64,000 nucleotides of DNA from Nitrospirales bacterium (GCA_963422365.1 OY729426.1:128001-192000), one strand, 5' to 3'; shown: positions 52,358 to 63,256, counted from the stretch's first letter. Program-made: numbers and translations. Notes: generated by a model not told the origin, from the letters alone.

Positions 52358-53653
52358 TTACTGGCCAGACGATGGAAGGCGAAACTGATGGACCAGCCCG
52401 GCATCGGGCATCGCGTGAAGGTCTCCATAGGGCGAGCCCACGGCTATGTCCTTCCCTTCTCCACTCAAGGAAAGTCCAAAGAGGTCGGCAACTCCGGTTG
52501 TTGCCGAAGGATTGGCAATCTTCGATTGCAAGGTTCTGGTTTTTCGGTCAAAGACAAAAACCGTCCCGGCATCGACGCCGGCGAAATCATGTCCAGGCGC
52601 TCCAACGACGATATGATCAGGGAGAAGAGCCACGGCCTCCCCAAAGTGATCGCCCTTCTTCGGTTCGGGGACTTCCAATTGTTGCAAGAATTTGCCGGTC
52701 TTTGTATAAAGATAAACAACTCCGGCGTCTGGTTTTCTCGTTCCCCATCCCAAGGCACCGACAACCAACAACTCCGCATCACTTGCCAAAGCCCATCCAA
52801 AATACTCATTTGTCTGCGGATTAGGGGATTCAAGGATATGTTGCAACCGCCCACTTTTTCGATCAAAGAGAAACACCTGTCCATGATCAACAGGGTCCGT
52901 ACCGCCGAGCGGGGCGCTTATTGCAAGAGTGGATCCTAGAAAAGTCACCGCATGCCCAAAACCATCTGAGTCGCCGTTCTCCGCGTGTGGAGAGGCAAAG
53001 GTCCGACGGACCTCCCCATTGGTGACATCAACCAGATAGGCTTCCCCTACATCAAAATTCTTGGAAGTGCTCGCCCCGGGATCCCCAATGGCCACCAGCA
53101 AATCCTGCGCGGCCACGGCATGTCCAAACGCTCCTGCAGCATGATTGGGGCTGGTGACGACCTGTCGTAATTTTCCTGTGGCTCGGTCGAAGATGGATAC
53201 CGAGCCCACCGATCGCCGCAAGGTCCCTTTTCCCCTGGGAGCGCCGACAATCACATCGTGCGTGGTGAGGCTCACAGACAGACCAAATAAATCATTTCCC
53301 ATCGGCGAAAGGGGCACGAATTCCTGAAGCAGTTTCCCTGACTCACGCGCGAACAAGAAAACTTTTCCCGTTTGTCCACGGGCCCCTGCCGCATGGGGAG
53401 CGCCAACAAGAATCTGAGCCCCTTCGCTGGATACTGAAAATCCAAAGCCATCTAACAACGTCGGGTTGGAAGAGTGGAGACTGGGGTCCTGTTCGGAGGA
53501 TTGCTGCCCCGAGGCGTCCACACTCACAAGCAACAGACATATTGAGGCCATACAAAGAAAAACGACCAAAGACAGGGAGGAGGCTTGGACTGTCACAAAG
53601 TGACCCCGGGCTCGTTCTCGACGGTTGCGATGTGGAAAAATCTGGCACGTCAT
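52358..53653 (-). CDS. Exported FG-GAP (integrin-alpha-like) beta-propeller protein
   Basis: Seven FG..V....L.VGAP-type repeats after a hydrophobic leader; start approximate. Confidence 0.85.
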   Translation of the reverse strand: MTCQIFPHRNRRERARGHFVTVQASSLSLVVFLCMASICLLLVSVDASGQQSSEQDPSLHSSNPTLLDGFGFSVSSEGAQILVGAPHAAGARGQTGKVFLFARESGKLLQEFVPLSPMGNDLFGLSVSLTTHDVIVGAPRGKGTLRRSVGSVSIFDRATGKLRQVVTSPNHAAGAFGHAVAAQDLLVAIGDPGASTSKNFDVGEAYLVDVTNGEVRRTFASPHAENGDSDGFGHAVTFLGSTLAISAPLGGTDPVDHGQVFLFDRKSGRLQHILESPNPQTNEYFGWALASDAELLVVGALGWGTRKPDAGVVYLYTKTGKFLQQLEVPEPKKGDHFGEAVALLPDHIVVGAPGHDFAGVDAGTVFVFDRKTRTLQSKIANPSATTGVADLFGLSLSGEGKDIAVGSPYGDLHAMPDAGLVHQFRLPSSGQ

Positions 53654-53729
53654 ACAATTACACGATATCCTACCAAACCCTGCGTAGCCCCGCGATGCCT
53701 GTGACGGCACCACGAATGAACCGATGCAA

Positions 53730-54076
53730 TCAGGAGGCGGCCGATTCTTCTTGTTCAGAATGAAGAGAAGGCAAATCAATGACGTGACGCTTTGGCGCGT
53801 CCGAGTCCGAATCGCGCCGATACAATTCAAAAGGCGAAGATCGACTTGTAACCGCTTCAACAACCGGCGCATGAATTTTTCTCCCGGAGCTTCACAGATC
53901 CACACATCCATGCCCGTTTCGAATTCGTGAAGATGCCGCTTCAGCCGAAAGCCTGCATCTTCCATGAAATAGGCCGACAAAAACCCCGTAATCGCTTGCA
54001 TGACCCATTCATGCTCTTGCGCGTAGCGGAAACTCACGCCGATTTCGAAGATCTTCCAGGATCCGTCCGTCTCCAT
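53730..54076 (-). pseudogene. Small hypothetical gene with an apparent 1-nt frameshift near 53836
   Basis: METDGSWKIFEI...LLKRLQVDL, then an alternative frame PFELYRRDSDSDAPKRHVIDLP...stop at 53730. Confidence 0.5.
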
Positions 54077-54387
54077 AGTCTTCACCAATTTTTTTGAAAC
54101 TCACATCTGCGCCATACCGGAACAAAATTTCCCACAAATAATGGGAGAAAACTCGCCATTTTTAAAAGATGAGCAACCTGCGTTCCAAACCGAATATCCA
54201 GCTCGTCTGAATTTGCCCGCCGGCGCATGACCTCTGGATACAACTTTCCGCCTTCATACCTGGAAAAAGAGAAGCTAAATGTCTTAAAATGTCTGAAAGT
54301 GTACCAAACTGGCAAAACGACTTGCTCAGGAACCGTTCCGATTCTTCTTCGATTGACGACATAACGGGCGATAAGGGGAGACCACGT

Positions 54388-54609
54388 GTGAATTTCATGA
54401 TCCAACCCAATATTTGGATTGCACGAATCATCGGTATTATGGCGATTGCGTCAGGCTTCCTGCTCGGGATCGAAGGCTTGAATCAGCCGGATTCGATTTG
54501 GTTGCCTATAGCGCTTGCCCTCATTGTGACGGGTTTATGCGCCCAAGTCTATGCGTTCTACCGAGCCATTACCAGGAAAATAACTGCACGGAATAACCAG
54601 GACTCATGA
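54388..54609 (+). CDS. Small 2-TM membrane protein
   Basis: SD AAGGGGAG, two hydrophobic helices. Confidence 0.6.
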   Translation: MNFMIQPNIWIARIIGIMAIASGFLLGIEGLNQPDSIWLPIALALIVTGLCAQVYAFYRAITRKITARNNQDS

Positions 54610-54639
54610 TCCGGCTACTGAAATGACTTTTATGTTGCC

Positions 54640-54716
54640 GTCATCCTGAACGAAATGAAAGATCTGTTTTTCCTGAGGTGACGCGAAGCGAGATTCTTCG
54701 CGTGGCTTAAAATGAC
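54640..54716. repeat. REP/MITE-like element GTCATCCTGAA...AGATCT ... AGATTCTTCG...AAAATGAC
   Basis: Inverted ends GTCAT/ATGAC; GTCATCCTGAAC recurs at 60795. Confidence 0.6.
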
Positions 54717-54795
54717 GGGAGGTGGTTCGTTCATGACGGACTTTTTCTATAAGCCTATGATGAATTCTCATTTCCGCAATACCCGTTCACGCCAC

Positions 54796-55221
54796 ATGCC
54801 GACGCGGCTCGTGTGGCCTGTTCTCCTTTTCCTTGTCCTCTCTCTCTCAGCCTGTAGTTCCTGGCGAGATTCATATCTCAAAGGTGCACTAAAGAAAGCC
54901 TCGCAAGAAGAGGTCGTTGCAAAGCTCGGGGAACCGTGGAAAAAGAAGACCTCGCTTTTGAAGAATCAAACGACGTGGATCTATCGCTATGCGCTCACCA
55001 AGGACGAACTCGACCCCATGGGTGTCAACACGCTGGGACGAAGCGTGTTTCAAGCCACCGAAAACGTGGGGGCCATGATCGGACTCGCCGCTGGCAACGC
55101 TGCCAACCCGCTGAATCCAAGTGGTAAGCCCGCCTGTTTTCACTATGTCCTCACGTTTGATGAAGCTACCAAAGTCCTCCAACGTTGGGTGCGAGAAGCA
55201 TGCGCTGACACGGCTCTATGA
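54796..55221 (+). CDS. Lipoprotein, hypothetical
   Basis: Lipobox LSAC after a hydrophobic stretch. Confidence 0.7.
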   Translation: MPTRLVWPVLLFLVLSLSACSSWRDSYLKGALKKASQEEVVAKLGEPWKKKTSLLKNQTTWIYRYALTKDELDPMGVNTLGRSVFQATENVGAMIGLAAGNAANPLNPSGKPACFHYVLTFDEATKVLQRWVREACADTAL

Positions 55222-55341
55222 TCTCGTCACCATCCAAGACCCTTGGAGCCGGTCCATCCACGTTCAGACACCCGTTCCTCATCTCCTTTCCCACGTGTGG
55301 GTCCTCGATGGGTGAACGTAACCACAAGGAAGAAAACCCGT

Positions 55342-55689
55342 ATGGCTCACGTGTTTCAATCCGGCGCGTTTTTACAACAATGCTTTTCCGTCCATCCCTT
55401 ATCGTTGAGTTTTAAGCGGTTCACGACACCCGACACGATCGGTATTTTTTGCATACATTGCAAATCTCGGCACCGCCTGACCGTTGGAACCATTACGCGC
55501 GTCCTTGGGGATTCGGAATTGTGCGAGGAAGGTGCCGGCACGAAGCTGGAGGCCTGTGCCAACCACCATCAAGAAGCCCTGCACGTCACGGAAGTGAGCG
55601 TAGACCGAGACATCGTCCAATTTCGTTGCCGTGAATGTAGAGCCGGCTTTCAGACGACGATCTCCCTGTTCGAAACCTACCAGCCTTAA
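55342..55689 (+). CDS. Small Cys-rich (zinc-binding) hypothetical protein
   Basis: C...H, CIHC, C..H, CREC in two internal repeats. Confidence 0.65.
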   Translation: MAHVFQSGAFLQQCFSVHPLSLSFKRFTTPDTIGIFCIHCKSRHRLTVGTITRVLGDSELCEEGAGTKLEACANHHQEALHVTEVSVDRDIVQFRCRECRAGFQTTISLFETYQP

Positions 55690-55848
55690 CCCTGTCGCTT
55701 TCTTCGTATCCTATGCGCCCAGCTATAAACAATCTGGAGTGGCAGCATCTTATACTGCCAAGAAGAACAAGCGCGAAAAAGCACATCCCTGCCTCTGAGC
55801 AGGGATCGCGCAAGCTACAGAGTGCAACCGACAGGGAACCTCTTCCTC

Positions 55849-55882
55849 AAAAAAGAGAGCCGCCCCTTATGGGGCGGCTCTC
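55849..55882 (-). terminator. Intrinsic terminator of the peroxiredoxin gene
   Basis: GAGAGCCGCCCC-ataa-GGGGCGGCTCTC followed by T6 on the minus strand. Confidence 0.85.
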
Positions 55883-55912
55883 TCGGAATGAACGGAGGCC
55901 TACGAGAAGGCC

Positions 55913-56548
55913 TTATTTGTTAGGCTGTGGCGTGTACCGAAGATACGGCTTAACCGCCCGGTGGCCTTTGGGAAACTTGGAGGGAATTTCCTCATCCTTC
56001 ACCGCAGGGACAATAATACAATCTTCCCCGTCCTTCCAATTAGCAGGGGTAGCCACCTGATGCTTGGCCGTCAGTTGCAACGAGTCCACTACACGAAGAA
56101 TCTCATCAAAATTCCTTCCAGTCGATGCTGGATAGGTGAGAGTCAATTTAACTTTTTTATCAGGCCCGACGACAAAAACGGACCGCACGGTCATATTATC
56201 CAACGCATTGGGGTGGATCATGTCGTACAAATTCGCAACTTGTCGATCGGGGTCGGCGATGATCGGATACTGAACCGTACATTGTTGCGTTTCATTGATG
56301 TCGTTGATCCAGCCTTTATGTGAGTCCAATGGATCCACACTCACCGCAAGGACTTTTACATTACGCTTCTTAAAGTCATCGGTAATTTTTGCGACGGTCC
56401 CCAACTCTGTGGTACACACCGGAGTAAAATCTTTGGGATGAGAAAACAAAATACCCCACCCATCACCAAGCCATTCATGAAAATTTATTGTTCCTGCCGT
56501 CGTTTCAGCAGTAAAATTTGGAGCTTCATCCCCTAAGCGAAGTACCAT
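55913..56548 (-). CDS. 1-Cys peroxiredoxin (Prx6)
   Basis: FSHPKDFTPVCTTE, YPASTGRNF. Confidence 0.95.
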   Translation of the reverse strand: MVLRLGDEAPNFTAETTAGTINFHEWLGDGWGILFSHPKDFTPVCTTELGTVAKITDDFKKRNVKVLAVSVDPLDSHKGWINDINETQQCTVQYPIIADPDRQVANLYDMIHPNALDNMTVRSVFVVGPDKKVKLTLTYPASTGRNFDEILRVVDSLQLTAKHQVATPANWKDGEDCIIVPAVKDEEIPSKFPKGHRAVKPYLRYTPQPNK

Positions 56549-56823
56549 GCCGTCTCTCCTCCTTTGAAAACTTCCAAAGAATCATCACCGGTAAAAACAT
56601 CATCACATCTTATCTTTTAAAAGATGGGCAAAGCATACACTTCCCCGAAAAAGCGAGTCAACTAGCTGGGCTGGTTCAGACCCCCACCCCTCAGCAGAGG
56701 CTTAACCCAATAAAAAAACCAAAAAGGGCGGTAAACAGATCTCGATTTTTAGCCTTTTGGGTTTCAATACATTCCGCAAGCCAGCGAGGCTCGCTCTTTT
56801 TCAAAAATTATTCTATTAGGCTA

Positions 56824-57054
56824 TTAGGCTGACTGTTGAGCCTCAGCCGTTCTGATCACGTTAGCCGCTTGTGGCCCTTTGGCCCCTTCCACGAGATCAA
56901 ATTCAACCAGTTCACCTTCTTTCAGTGTTTTAAATCCCTCACCCTGAAGCGCTGAATAGTGCACAAAGACATCTTGTTCCTCTTCGACTCGAATAAATCC
57001 AAAGCCCTTTCGATCATTAAACCATTTGACTATCCCAGACTTTCGATCACTCAC
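56824..57054 (-). CDS. Cold-shock protein
   Basis: [28 protein letters not shown] start after GGGAGG. Confidence 0.95.
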   Translation of the reverse strand: MSDRKSGIVKWFNDRKGFGFIRVEEEQDVFVHYSALQGEGFKTLKEGELVEFDLVEGAKGPQAANVIRTAEAQQSA

Positions 57055-57435
57055 AAACACCTCCCTTATCATGGACCAGGGAAAACCGTGGTTTTACCCA
57101 AAAAGGCCCTAAAAAAACAAACCGCAGACAGGCTTTTGCCTTCTGCGGCAGATCTTATAAAATAAACTTCATTATCAATAAAGTCCTAAAAATATTTTAC
57201 AATCGTCTACCATAGTTCGAGAAATCTGTCAACATGACACCTAAAACGAGAGACGTCGCAGCAAATCTTGCGGTCTGGAACAAGAGTCGTGATGTGCCTG
57301 CCACACTCAACTGTTTGATTTATAAGCAGTTCATGTAACACCTTCCACTCAATTTGTCCCTGAGTCTGTCGAAGGATTACGTTTGTGTTGGTGGCATCCT
57401 AGACGAAGCACGATGACTCTCATCCTGTCAACAAA

Positions 57436-59160
57436 TCAAATTTTGAATTGCGCTTCATACAAATTGGCATAGATCCCCTTTTCGTCCAACAACTCGGCAT
57501 GAGTTCCCTCTGCAACCACTCGTCCTCGCTCAAGCACAATAATCCGATCAACTTGTTGCAACGTGGTAAGACGATGCGCGATAAAAATGGTGGTGCGCCC
57601 TTGAGTGAGAACAGTCAACGCTTCGCGAATTTTCACTTCCGTCTCCGTATCAATATTCGATGTGGCTTCGTCGAAGACAGCAATGGGGGGATTTTTCAGT
57701 AACACCCGGGCAATGGCCACCCGTTGTTTTTCACCAACAGACAATTTCACGCCCCGTTCCCCAATCCAGGTTTCGTATTGTTCCGGGAGCTCCATGATAA
57801 AATCATGAGCCCGCGCCGCGACGGCGACTTGTTCGATGGTCTGATCGGTGGCATCAAGATCGCCGTAGATGATATTTTCTCGAACCGTCCCATTAAAGAG
57901 AAACGGCTCCTGTTGCACCAACCCGATTTGTGAACGCAAAAACGCCAGCGGCATATTTCGGACATCCATGCCATCCAACGCCAGCGTGCCTCCCTTCACG
58001 TCATAAAAACGCATCAGGAGTTTGATCAGCGTACTCTTTCCTGCGCCACTCGGGCCTACTAAGGCAACGTGCTCTCCCGCCTCCAAGCTGAGGGAGACCC
58101 CGTGCAAGACCTGCACCTCCGGCTTATACGCAAAGTCCACGCCTTCGAACTGCACACTCCCACGAAAACGAGCAGTCGGCGCCACCACCCCTAGGCGATC
58201 CTCGACATCGGACTTAGTATCCAAGACATCAAATATTCGTTCACTCGCCGCAAGGGCATGCTGAAGCATATGGTTGACGGAATGGATTTGATTCACCGGA
58301 ACATAGAACAGCGCCAAATACGCCACAAACATCACGAGTTCCCCTACTTTCAGATGCCCTTGCGCGACCTCCGTTGACCCAACCCACAGAATGAGTACCG
58401 TGCCCATGGCCCCAAGAAAAATCATCCCCGGTGAATAGACGGACCAAAGAAACATGGCTTTGAGATTACTCTGACTGACCTCGCGATTTTTGGCATCGAA
58501 TCGTTCCCGTTCAAACGAATGGCGATTAAAGGCCATGGTTTCTCGAATGCCTGAAAGCGCGTCTTGAAGATAGCCGCTCAGATCGGCCGTATTCTTCCGA
58601 ATTTCGTGGTAATATCCATGGACCCGACGAGAAAACTTCACAGCAGACAGCATCAAAATCGGGATGGGAACCAGCGCCAAAAGCGCCAACTTCCAATTGA
58701 CCACAAAGAGGACAACGGTGATACCGATCAGGGTCAATGATGCCGTCAACATGCCCTCCAACCCATCGATAAAAATACGCTCGACGTGTTCGGTATCATT
58801 CATGATTCGCGACATAATTTCTCCGGTCGATCGATCCTCATAAAAATTGATCGAGAGCCGCTGCAAAGCATGAAACACTTGTTGCCGCAGTTGAAACACG
58901 ACGCGTTGCTCCAAGATATTGTTAAACCGAATTCGCAGCGAGTTCGCGACATTCTTGAAACCATAGGCCAGGACTAATCCGCCTAACACCCACGGCAATA
59001 AGGAGAATTGGTTCTCCTGAATCACGTCGTCGATCAGCACCTTCACCAGCCAAGGCGGCAAGAGATCGAAAATCGTTGCCAGGGCTGCGAAGGATAAGGT
59101 CGTCAGGACAAGAGGCCGGTGGGGCCGCAAATACCCGAAAATGCGGATGAGAACGTTCAT
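57436..59160 (-). CDS. ABC exporter, fused TMD + ATPase (MsbA/Sav1866 type)
   Basis: 6-TM domain, GPSGAGKST, LSVGEKQR, DEATS. Confidence 0.92.
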   Translation of the reverse strand: MNVLIRIFGYLRPHRPLVLTTLSFAALATIFDLLPPWLVKVLIDDVIQENQFSLLPWVLGGLVLAYGFKNVANSLRIRFNNILEQRVVFQLRQQVFHALQRLSINFYEDRSTGEIMSRIMNDTEHVERIFIDGLEGMLTASLTLIGITVVLFVVNWKLALLALVPIPILMLSAVKFSRRVHGYYHEIRKNTADLSGYLQDALSGIRETMAFNRHSFERERFDAKNREVSQSNLKAMFLWSVYSPGMIFLGAMGTVLILWVGSTEVAQGHLKVGELVMFVAYLALFYVPVNQIHSVNHMLQHALAASERIFDVLDTKSDVEDRLGVVAPTARFRGSVQFEGVDFAYKPEVQVLHGVSLSLEAGEHVALVGPSGAGKSTLIKLLMRFYDVKGGTLALDGMDVRNMPLAFLRSQIGLVQQEPFLFNGTVRENIIYGDLDATDQTIEQVAVAARAHDFIMELPEQYETWIGERGVKLSVGEKQRVAIARVLLKNPPIAVFDEATSNIDTETEVKIREALTVLTQGRTTIFIAHRLTTLQQVDRIIVLERGRVVAEGTHAELLDEKGIYANLYEAQFKI

Positions 59161-59269
59161 CACGTTTCACACAACGACAACCCGACCAGGGTCCAGCCTT
59201 TCAGAAGCGGTCGCGTGAGAGAAGGCAAATCCCAAGACCGACGGTGGGAACAAAGCAGGAGAACAGTGC

Positions 59270-59800
59270 CTAAATAACTGTAGCAGGTTCTTGTTTCCAG
59301 TACGCGTCAAATTCCTTTAACTGAGTCAACGTCGACAGATCTGCCATTCTGTCCAAAAAGAGTTTTCCGATCAAATGGTCCATTTCATGTTGGATGCACA
59401 CGGCAAACAAACCCGACGCGTCAAAATCGACGGCACACCCCTCCCTGTTCAAAGCTTGGACCCGAATAGAAGACGGACGAGTCACTTTTCCGCGCAGCCC
59501 ATCCACGCTTAAACAACCCTCCCACATTTCGACTTGAGCAGGGCCATAAAACACAATCTTGGGATTGATCAAGACCGTCTCGGGAAACGTATCCTCGCCT
59601 TCACATCGCATCACAACAAGTTGTTCGGAACGTGCCACTTGGGGAGCCGCTAACCCAATCCCATCGTTCTCAGACATCGTGTCAAACATATCGTCGATAA
59701 ATTGTTGATAGGCACGCGTGGGGATGATCGCCTGAACAATCGGCGCAGCCATTTTCCGTAAGACAGGATTCCCCATTTTTGCAATCGGCAAGGTTGCCAT
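59270..59800 (-). CDS. def: Peptide deformylase
   Basis: GIGLAAPQ, EGCLS, QHEMDH. Confidence 0.96.
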   Translation of the reverse strand: MATLPIAKMGNPVLRKMAAPIVQAIIPTRAYQQFIDDMFDTMSENDGIGLAAPQVARSEQLVVMRCEGEDTFPETVLINPKIVFYGPAQVEMWEGCLSVDGLRGKVTRPSSIRVQALNREGCAVDFDASGLFAVCIQHEMDHLIGKLFLDRMADLSTLTQLKEFDAYWKQEPATVI

Positions 59801-59865
59801 CGTGGTCTCCCTTTAGGCCCACATATCAGGGCATCATTCTGTCAGAGTCCTCAAAAACCGTGTCA

Positions 59866-60669
59866 TTAGGAAACAGGCTCGGATTGTTGCGTGTTCGGCG
59901 GAGCCCCACGATTCTTGAGGGCCCTGTCCCACCATGCCTTCCATTCCTGAGCCCACGCGATTCGTTGCTCATGGGTCGAGCCTTGCCAATCACGTGGCGG
60001 GCCACCCCATCGGGTTAACCGCCAGAACGACTCAAGGGCCGTGACGGACACATATTTTTCCTGATCAGCCAGCAACTCGATAAGGAGCGACACCGCTTCC
60101 GGACGTCTCACGTGGCGAGACTCAAAAGCCACTGTTCGCCGAATGGTATCATGCTCATCCTTCACTAACTCTTGCAGCGTTGACAGCACCTCCATAGGCG
60201 CCAACCGGACAGCCACGCGAAGGGCATGAGCCCGCACCCTCGTGACTTCCTCTCTATCCCTCGCAGCGTCAAGTAAAGCCGGCACGGCTTGTGGATCTTT
60301 AATAATCGACAGCGTTTCAATTGCATTATAACGAAGCCGGCTCCCAGGCAGTTTGAGGGCTTTCACTAAGACGGGCACAACGGGTTTTCCCAAGTGTACG
60401 AACTCAGCGATCACATACAGTTCTTGCTGTCCTTCCAATAGAGGCAACAAGGCTTCTGCCCGTTTCAACTCCTTTTCAGAAAGGACTTCCGGAGCAGGGG
60501 CGGCTTGTTCGACTTCTGGAAATTCTGGCTGGGGTGGGGCGTTATAAGGGATTTGGACCGGAAGAAGAGAGGCCGATCGAGAAACCATTGTGCCAACGTC
60601 CGCAAGGGAGATCGACGCACAAAAGAGGCTACTCCACCCCACCACGATCCATACGATACCGACTCTCAT
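59866..60669 (-). CDS. Exported HEAT-repeat protein
   Basis: Signal peptide, HEAT repeats, W..WW C-terminal motif. Confidence 0.75.
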   Translation of the reverse strand: MRVGIVWIVVGWSSLFCASISLADVGTMVSRSASLLPVQIPYNAPPQPEFPEVEQAAPAPEVLSEKELKRAEALLPLLEGQQELYVIAEFVHLGKPVVPVLVKALKLPGSRLRYNAIETLSIIKDPQAVPALLDAARDREEVTRVRAHALRVAVRLAPMEVLSTLQELVKDEHDTIRRTVAFESRHVRRPEAVSLLIELLADQEKYVSVTALESFWRLTRWGGPPRDWQGSTHEQRIAWAQEWKAWWDRALKNRGAPPNTQQSEPVS

Positions 60670-60863
60670 ACACCCTCTCCTTTTCTAGGGAATGATGAAC
60701 GACATGCTATTTTAGTCTAGTGCGTTCCCCTCAAGTGGGTCAAGGCAAAGAGGACCGCCATGAACCCCAGAGACTGCGTGAGTGCCCTTCTGTGGTCATC
60801 CTGAACAAAACGCCAATCCTGTAAGGCGCCATCTCATGGCGCCTCCTTCTAGCTCTTTTCTCT

Positions 60864-60920
60864 TGTGCCATTCCCAATGCTTGTCCCCGACCTGCTCGGT
60901 GATCTAATCGGGAATCCAGT
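60864..60920. repeat. Intergenic palindromic repeat, same family as the bioB insertion
   Basis: ATTCCCAAT-GCTTGTCCCCGACCTGCTCGGTGATCT-AATCGGGAATCCAGT nested hairpin. Confidence 0.75.
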
Positions 60921-61068
60921 CCATGTGTAGGCCGGATAATTTCGAGATCTTGGGGGTATTGATAACAAAATTACCATTCTTTAATCTTGATCCTATGAAT
61001 GTTAAAATTAGTGTTCTGCGTTTTCATGATGATGTTCATGACGACTTTCTGGAGAAGGAGGGTTCCAT

Positions 61069-61980
61069 ATGAGATCAGTGAGATTTCTCCTTGGCTTAGG
61101 ATTAGTGATCGGACTGAGCACAAGCCCAAGCTGGGGATATGAAGAAACCACCGTATCCAACGGCGGAACCTTACAGGGGATGGTCAAGTTGCTCGGAGAA
61201 GTCCCCAAACCCAAGGGATACAACCTCGTCACCTTGCCGGACGCCGTGTATTGCGGCCGCATCTCGACCGGAACGGGCTGGCGTCTCCTGCAACCCTTTG
61301 TCATCGGACCCACCGGAGGATTTAAAAATGTGGTCATTTACATTGGAAAAATCCACAAGGGGAAACCCTTCAGCTATGTCCCGCCCCAGATCAAGGCGAT
61401 CGACTGCACATTCGAGCCTTATATCACCATCGTCCGAGACAAGCACGACATCGAAGTAGTGAATATGGACCCTGTTTTTCATGATATTCAAGGATATGAA
61501 ACCTCAACGTTCGGAGCCCGGGTCCTCTTTAATGTCCCCTTGCCGATGAGTAAAAAACTGCGTAAAGAAGTGTTCCTTGCCGGCAAGACGGTCAAAGATC
61601 GAGCAGGCAAGGTGTTGACCCAACGCATCAACATGGGGAAACAGCGAAAGCTGTTTGTAATGCAATGCGGATTTCACGCCTACATGGAAAGTTGGGGGTT
61701 TGCGGTCACAAACCCCTACTACGCACTCACGGCGAAAGACGGCTCGTATTCGATTACGGATATCCCGCCCGGAACCTATAAGGTACAGGTCTGGCATCCC
61801 ATGGTTCAGAAAGAATATACCGTGACGATCACTCCCAACGGCACCACCGAATTGCAGATTGAGATCAATGCGCCGAAAGGCCGACTCTACGCCAACGAAA
61901 TGAGTGAAGGAACACGCTTCGGCATGGAATTGCTTGGGGACGTCACCGTTAAACCCAGTGTGGAACGCCAAACCTATTAA
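61069..61980 (+). CDS. Exported protein with carboxypeptidase-regulatory-like / beta-sandwich domains
   Basis: Signal peptide; C.FEP, N.DPV.H, CGFH.YM, DIPPGTY..QVWHP. Confidence 0.75.
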   Translation: MRSVRFLLGLGLVIGLSTSPSWGYEETTVSNGGTLQGMVKLLGEVPKPKGYNLVTLPDAVYCGRISTGTGWRLLQPFVIGPTGGFKNVVIYIGKIHKGKPFSYVPPQIKAIDCTFEPYITIVRDKHDIEVVNMDPVFHDIQGYETSTFGARVLFNVPLPMSKKLRKEVFLAGKTVKDRAGKVLTQRINMGKQRKLFVMQCGFHAYMESWGFAVTNPYYALTAKDGSYSITDIPPGTYKVQVWHPMVQKEYTVTITPNGTTELQIEINAPKGRLYANEMSEGTRFGMELLGDVTVKPSVERQTY

Positions 61981-62052
61981 GAGACACCGTAACGCCTCAG
62001 GACAGCCCCAGCCGATTTTCTTCTGACAGGCGAAAAGAAGGGCGGCTCGCCA

Positions 62053-62778
62053 ATGGCGAACCCCGAACATATCACCGTACTCAAACAAGGGCCACGCCAG
62101 TGGAATGCCTTTCGAAAGAACAATCCTTCAATGCGTCCCGATGTATCGAGTGCCGATCTTTCGAGATGGGATTTATCGGAAGCCGACCTGACCGGAGCCA
62201 ATTTAAACGACGCGAATCTGAGTCACGCCAACCTTTCGCATGCTCGTCTTGACGGAGCCAATTTAGGGGAAGCCAATCTTCTCAATGCGAAGATGACGGG
62301 AGCGAAGGGGCACCACACCAATCTGAGTGAAGCCGACATCGGCAACGCCGATCTCAGCAAGGCCGACTTTCGGCACAGCACGTTCTTGAAAGCCGATCTG
62401 TCCGGGGCCAATCTGTCGAACGCCACGCTTTCACATGCGAACTTCCATTTTGCCAAGTTAGAACATAGCATCCTCAATGCGTCGGATCTCAGGCATGCCA
62501 AGCTGCGGGAGGCCTCTCTCACTCACGCGCAAATGGAACACGCTCAATTAGACCATGCCGATCTGGCCCATGCCTCGCTCGCCCAATCGAATCTTCGCCA
62601 TGCCTCCTTCCAGAACACCTCACTCATTCAAACCAACCTTGAACAGGCGAATATAGAAGATGCGCAACATCTCGGGCATAAGCAACTCGCCAAAACGCGA
62701 AGCCTTGTCCATACGATCGCAGACCAAGCTCTTCTTGACAAAGTCGCCATCGCCAACCCTAAGTTGTTCACCACTTAG
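62053..62778 (+). CDS. Pentapeptide-repeat protein
   Basis: Tandem A(D/N)Lxx repeats. Confidence 0.92.
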   Translation: MANPEHITVLKQGPRQWNAFRKNNPSMRPDVSSADLSRWDLSEADLTGANLNDANLSHANLSHARLDGANLGEANLLNAKMTGAKGHHTNLSEADIGNADLSKADFRHSTFLKADLSGANLSNATLSHANFHFAKLEHSILNASDLRHAKLREASLTHAQMEHAQLDHADLAHASLAQSNLRHASFQNTSLIQTNLEQANIEDAQHLGHKQLAKTRSLVHTIADQALLDKVAIANPKLFTT

Positions 62779-62875
62779 GGCACCCCTTCGACCGGACACA
62801 TGGTTTGTTCCGCAACCCTTTTGCTGATTGAAGCTGCATCGCAGACGGCGGTGGTGCTGTGTTCGCAAAGGATCG

Positions 62876-63256
62876 TTAGACCTGGAATCCGAGTGCTGCG
62901 GCTACAGTCCGCTGCCGATCGTCGAGCGTGATGAACGAAATTTCACTTGGCTCGCTGGCGAGGTAGAGGGCCGTCGCGACATGCCACAGATCGGCACCCC
63001 GCAAGTAGCCGACCTGGAGCACCGTCTCGAACTCGTGGGTCAGCGGACGATCCGGCAGGACCCACTCGATGCCTGAGACAAGATTTGGTGCAAAGCAGTG
63101 TCTCGCGCGCGTGAATGCGGCCCACAGTTCTGCATCGAGCAAATTCGAGGACAGAAGACGCGAAAACGCGTCCGGACGCCGGGCGAGGGCAGCCGCACCT
63201 TGCTCGTTGAATGCAATGGCAACGAATGTGAACGTGTCGACGTAGGCGACGCTCAT
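62876..63256 (-). CDS. PIN-domain (VapC) toxin
   Basis: YVDT, AEL, LRGADLWHVATA, FITLDDRQ. Confidence 0.85.
   Translation of the reverse strand: MSVAYVDTFTFVAIAFNEQGAAALARRPDAFSRLLSSNLLDAELWAAFTRARHCFAPNLVSGIEWVLPDRPLTHEFETVLQVGYLRGADLWHVATALYLASEPSEISFITLDDRQRTVAAALGFQV

Noticed and set aside
55780..55842. c-di-GMP-I riboswitch-like words (GCACA...GCAAGCTACAG)
   Set aside because: Lacks the GAAA tetraloop and lies between convergent gene ends.
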